From: Promethearchaeota archaeon
Lineage (GTDB): Archaea; Asgardarchaeota; Odinarchaeia; Odinarchaeales; JBHLKK01
Assembly: GCA_048939465.1 (NCBI GenBank)
Contig: JBHLPL010000045.1
Location: forward strand, 1 to 14,469
Reading direction: 5' to 3'
Length of the DNA stretch: 14,469 bases
Shown: piece by piece, positions 12,709 through 14,469 of the stretch
How the letters are laid out: every line of letters starts with the position of its first letter
Position numbering within the stretch: the stretch's first letter is position 1
Made by a program: the position numbers and the translations under genes
Notes under the pieces: model-generated
Seen by the model: the letters and a program-made list of their open reading frames with translations, nothing else
Told to the model about the DNA's origin: nothing
Databases searched by the model: none

Positions 12709-14313
12709 TTATTTTTGCTTGGCCAGTAGAACTTCTCCGGGAAGATTTCCGGTGTGTTCTGCTTTTTCAATTACTGTCTCTCCATTAACAATAACATACT
12801 CTATTCCACGACAGTATTGATGCGGATCTTTGTATGTGGCCTTATCTGTCACCTCTCTGGGATCAAAAATTACTAGATCTGCCCAAAACCCTTCTCTGAT
12901 CAATCCTCTGTCAAACAACCTTAGTTTTTGAGCTGGCATCGATGTCATCTTCCTGACAGCGTCTTGAAGCGTCAAAACATTTTCTTCTCTCACATACTTA
13001 CCCAATATTCTGGGGAATGTTCCATAGCTTCTTGGATGTGGCTTCCCTCTGGCCAGCGGACCGTATGGAGCACTAGCTACCGCATCAGTTCCGACTTTCG
13101 ATAATGGATGTTTCAAAACAACTCTTACATCCTCTTCACTCATCATATGTAAGACTATTCCAACAACACCGTCTTCTTCCAATAGGAGGTCAAACATCAC
13201 ATCAAATGGATTCATCCTTCTTTTCACTGCTACTTCTGATATACTCAGCCCTTCATATTGATTGTTCTTCTCACATCGAGTTATTACTATGCCTTCCCAG
13301 CCAGCATTCCGGACCAGATTTTCCCAGCCGTCTTTCTTCCTTTTGATGTATTCCTTGATCCTCTTTCTGACGGAATTGTCCTTCAATCTAGCCAGCATTT
13401 CATCCTTTCCGTTTTCATGTACCCAAGGCGGGAGACAGGCATACAACCCAGTGCTTCCAGCAGCATAAGGATAGAAATCATATGAAATCTCTACACCTTC
13501 TTCTCTAGCGGCATCAATGACTCTCAGAGCCGCTTTGACTTTTCCCCAGTTGCTCTTCCCAGCGGATTTCAGATGAGAAATTTCAACAGAAATCCTTGCA
13601 GATTTGCCAATCTTTATGGCTTCCTCAACCGACTCCAACAGTCTGTCGCTCTCATTCCTTATGTGAGATGTATATATCCCGCCGTATTCTGAGGCTACTT
13701 TGGCAAGTTCAATCAATTCGTCGGGGCCTGCATATGATGCAGGAGGATATATCAATCCCGTTGATACTCCAGAGGCACCATCTTCCATCGACTCAATCAA
13801 GAGTGCTTTCATTTCAGCAAGTTCATCCGCTGCCGGCTCTCTGTTCTCATATCCCATGACGTTTTTCCTCAGAACTCCGTGCCCTACCAAAGGCACCACA
13901 TTTACAGATGTTCCCTGATGACTGAGCCTGTCACAGTACTCTTTGAATGTAGACCAGTTCCATGATATCTCATCTGCCAAAGGTCCATATTCTCTTTTGA
14001 CCAAATCCTTTCTTTCAGAAGTTATTGGAGCCAGGCTGAAGCCACAATTTCCTATGACTTCGGTGGTGATTCCCTGCCTTATCTTACTCTCTGCCCGCGG
14101 ATTGATAAGAAGGGACAAGTCAGAGTGACTGTGCATATCTATAAATCCCGGAGACACTGCAAGGCCGGTGGCGTCGATAACCTTTTCTGCCCTTGATTCT
14201 GGAGTTCTCTTTACCTCGACAATCCTTCCATCATCGATAGTTACATCAGCCTTAAACCATGGGTTCCCCGTACCATCAACTACCAAGCCATTCCTTATAA
14301 CAAAATCAAGCAA
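12709..14313 (-). CDS. N-acyl-D-amino-acid deacylase (D-aminoacylase) family amidohydrolase, 534 aa
   Basis: NGLVVDGTGNP, PGFIDMHSHSD, GITTEVIGNCG, STGLIYPP, HIRNE, ISHLK, GTDA and PHPRSYGTFPRILG. Confidence 0.93.
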   Translation of the reverse strand: MLDFVIRNGLVVDGTGNPWFKADVTIDDGRIVEVKRTPESRAEKVIDATGLAVSPGFIDMHSHSDLSLLINPRAESKIRQGITTEVIGNCGFSLAPITSERKDLVKREYGPLADEISWNWSTFKEYCDRLSHQGTSVNVVPLVGHGVLRKNVMGYENREPAADELAEMKALLIESMEDGASGVSTGLIYPPASYAGPDELIELAKVASEYGGIYTSHIRNESDRLLESVEEAIKIGKSARISVEISHLKSAGKSNWGKVKAALRVIDAAREEGVEISYDFYPYAAGSTGLYACLPPWVHENGKDEMLARLKDNSVRKRIKEYIKRKKDGWENLVRNAGWEGIVITRCEKNNQYEGLSISEVAVKRRMNPFDVMFDLLLEEDGVVGIVLHMMSEEDVRVVLKHPLSKVGTDAVASAPYGPLARGKPHPRSYGTFPRILGKYVREENVLTLQDAVRKMTSMPAQKLRLFDRGLIREGFWADLVIFDPREVTDKATYKDPHQYCRGIEYVIVNGETVIEKAEHTGNLPGEVLLAKQK

Positions 14314-14367
14314 AGACCTATCTCCCTATCACGCCTCATAGAATTAGAAAGAAAGAGGGAGAAATAC

Positions 14368-14469
14368 TCATTCTGCTTGTCTGAAAAGATGTCCACTGCC
14401 AGATAGGTAAACAACTGTGATTAACTCTAGTATCCCCGCGAATACACCTAGTGATATAACCGCGGTTAT
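14368..14469 (-). CDS. 3' end of a probable membrane-protein gene truncated by the window edge (...ITAVISLGVFAGILELITVVYLSGSGHLFRQAE*)
   Basis: The frame is open from 14469 to TGA 14370-14368 and encodes one hydrophobic helix. It is on the same strand as the D-aminoacylase and 54 nt upstream of it. Confidence 0.6.
   Translation of the reverse strand: MTAVISLGVFAGILELITVVYLSGSGHLFRQAE

Noticed and set aside
14456-14469. 14-bp palindrome ATAACCGCGGTTAT at the window edge
   Set aside because: It lies within an open membrane-protein frame and its context is cut off, so no function can be supported.
1-14469. CRISPR array, tRNA/rRNA, integrase or full-length transposase/TnpB gene
   Set aside because: I found no spaced repeats, cloverleaf or rRNA signatures, and no Y1, RuvC or DDE motifs in any listed or hand-translated frame.

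Overview
Archaeal-type chromosomal window. The evidence is GGAGG/GAGGTGA ribosome-binding sites, BRE/TATA-like promoters, a CPxCG micro-protein and a Pab87-like peptidase; the lineage cannot be determined from sequence alone. Left to right it holds: a 5'-truncated MBL-fold hydrolase; a YbhB/YbcL (PEBP) gene; a 44-aa double-CPxCG zinc finger; a DUF5320-like Gly/Arg-rich gene with a palindromic operator; a compact + strand operon (APC permease fused to a USP-like domain, stand-alone Lrp/AsnC ligand-binding domain, USP, CLC-type Cl-/H+ antiporter with CBS domains); small membrane and hypothetical genes; a YtcJ-like amidohydrolase; a MazG-like pyrophosphohydrolase; and a minus-strand D-aminoacylase plus class C beta-lactamase-fold peptidase pair. 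The main unexplained signal is two ORF-less IS200/IS605-type mini-elements (1427-1649 and 10440-10789). Each reads TAM-like pentamer, left-end hairpin, internal TATA box, structured non-coding body, right-end hairpin and terminal GTTCAC, the layout expected of stand-alone TnpB guide-RNA (reRNA/omegaRNA) cassettes. Both sit immediately upstream of a host TATA-like box. Three likely real small genes are missing from the supplied ORF track. All family assignments come from motif recognition by eye; no database searches were run.
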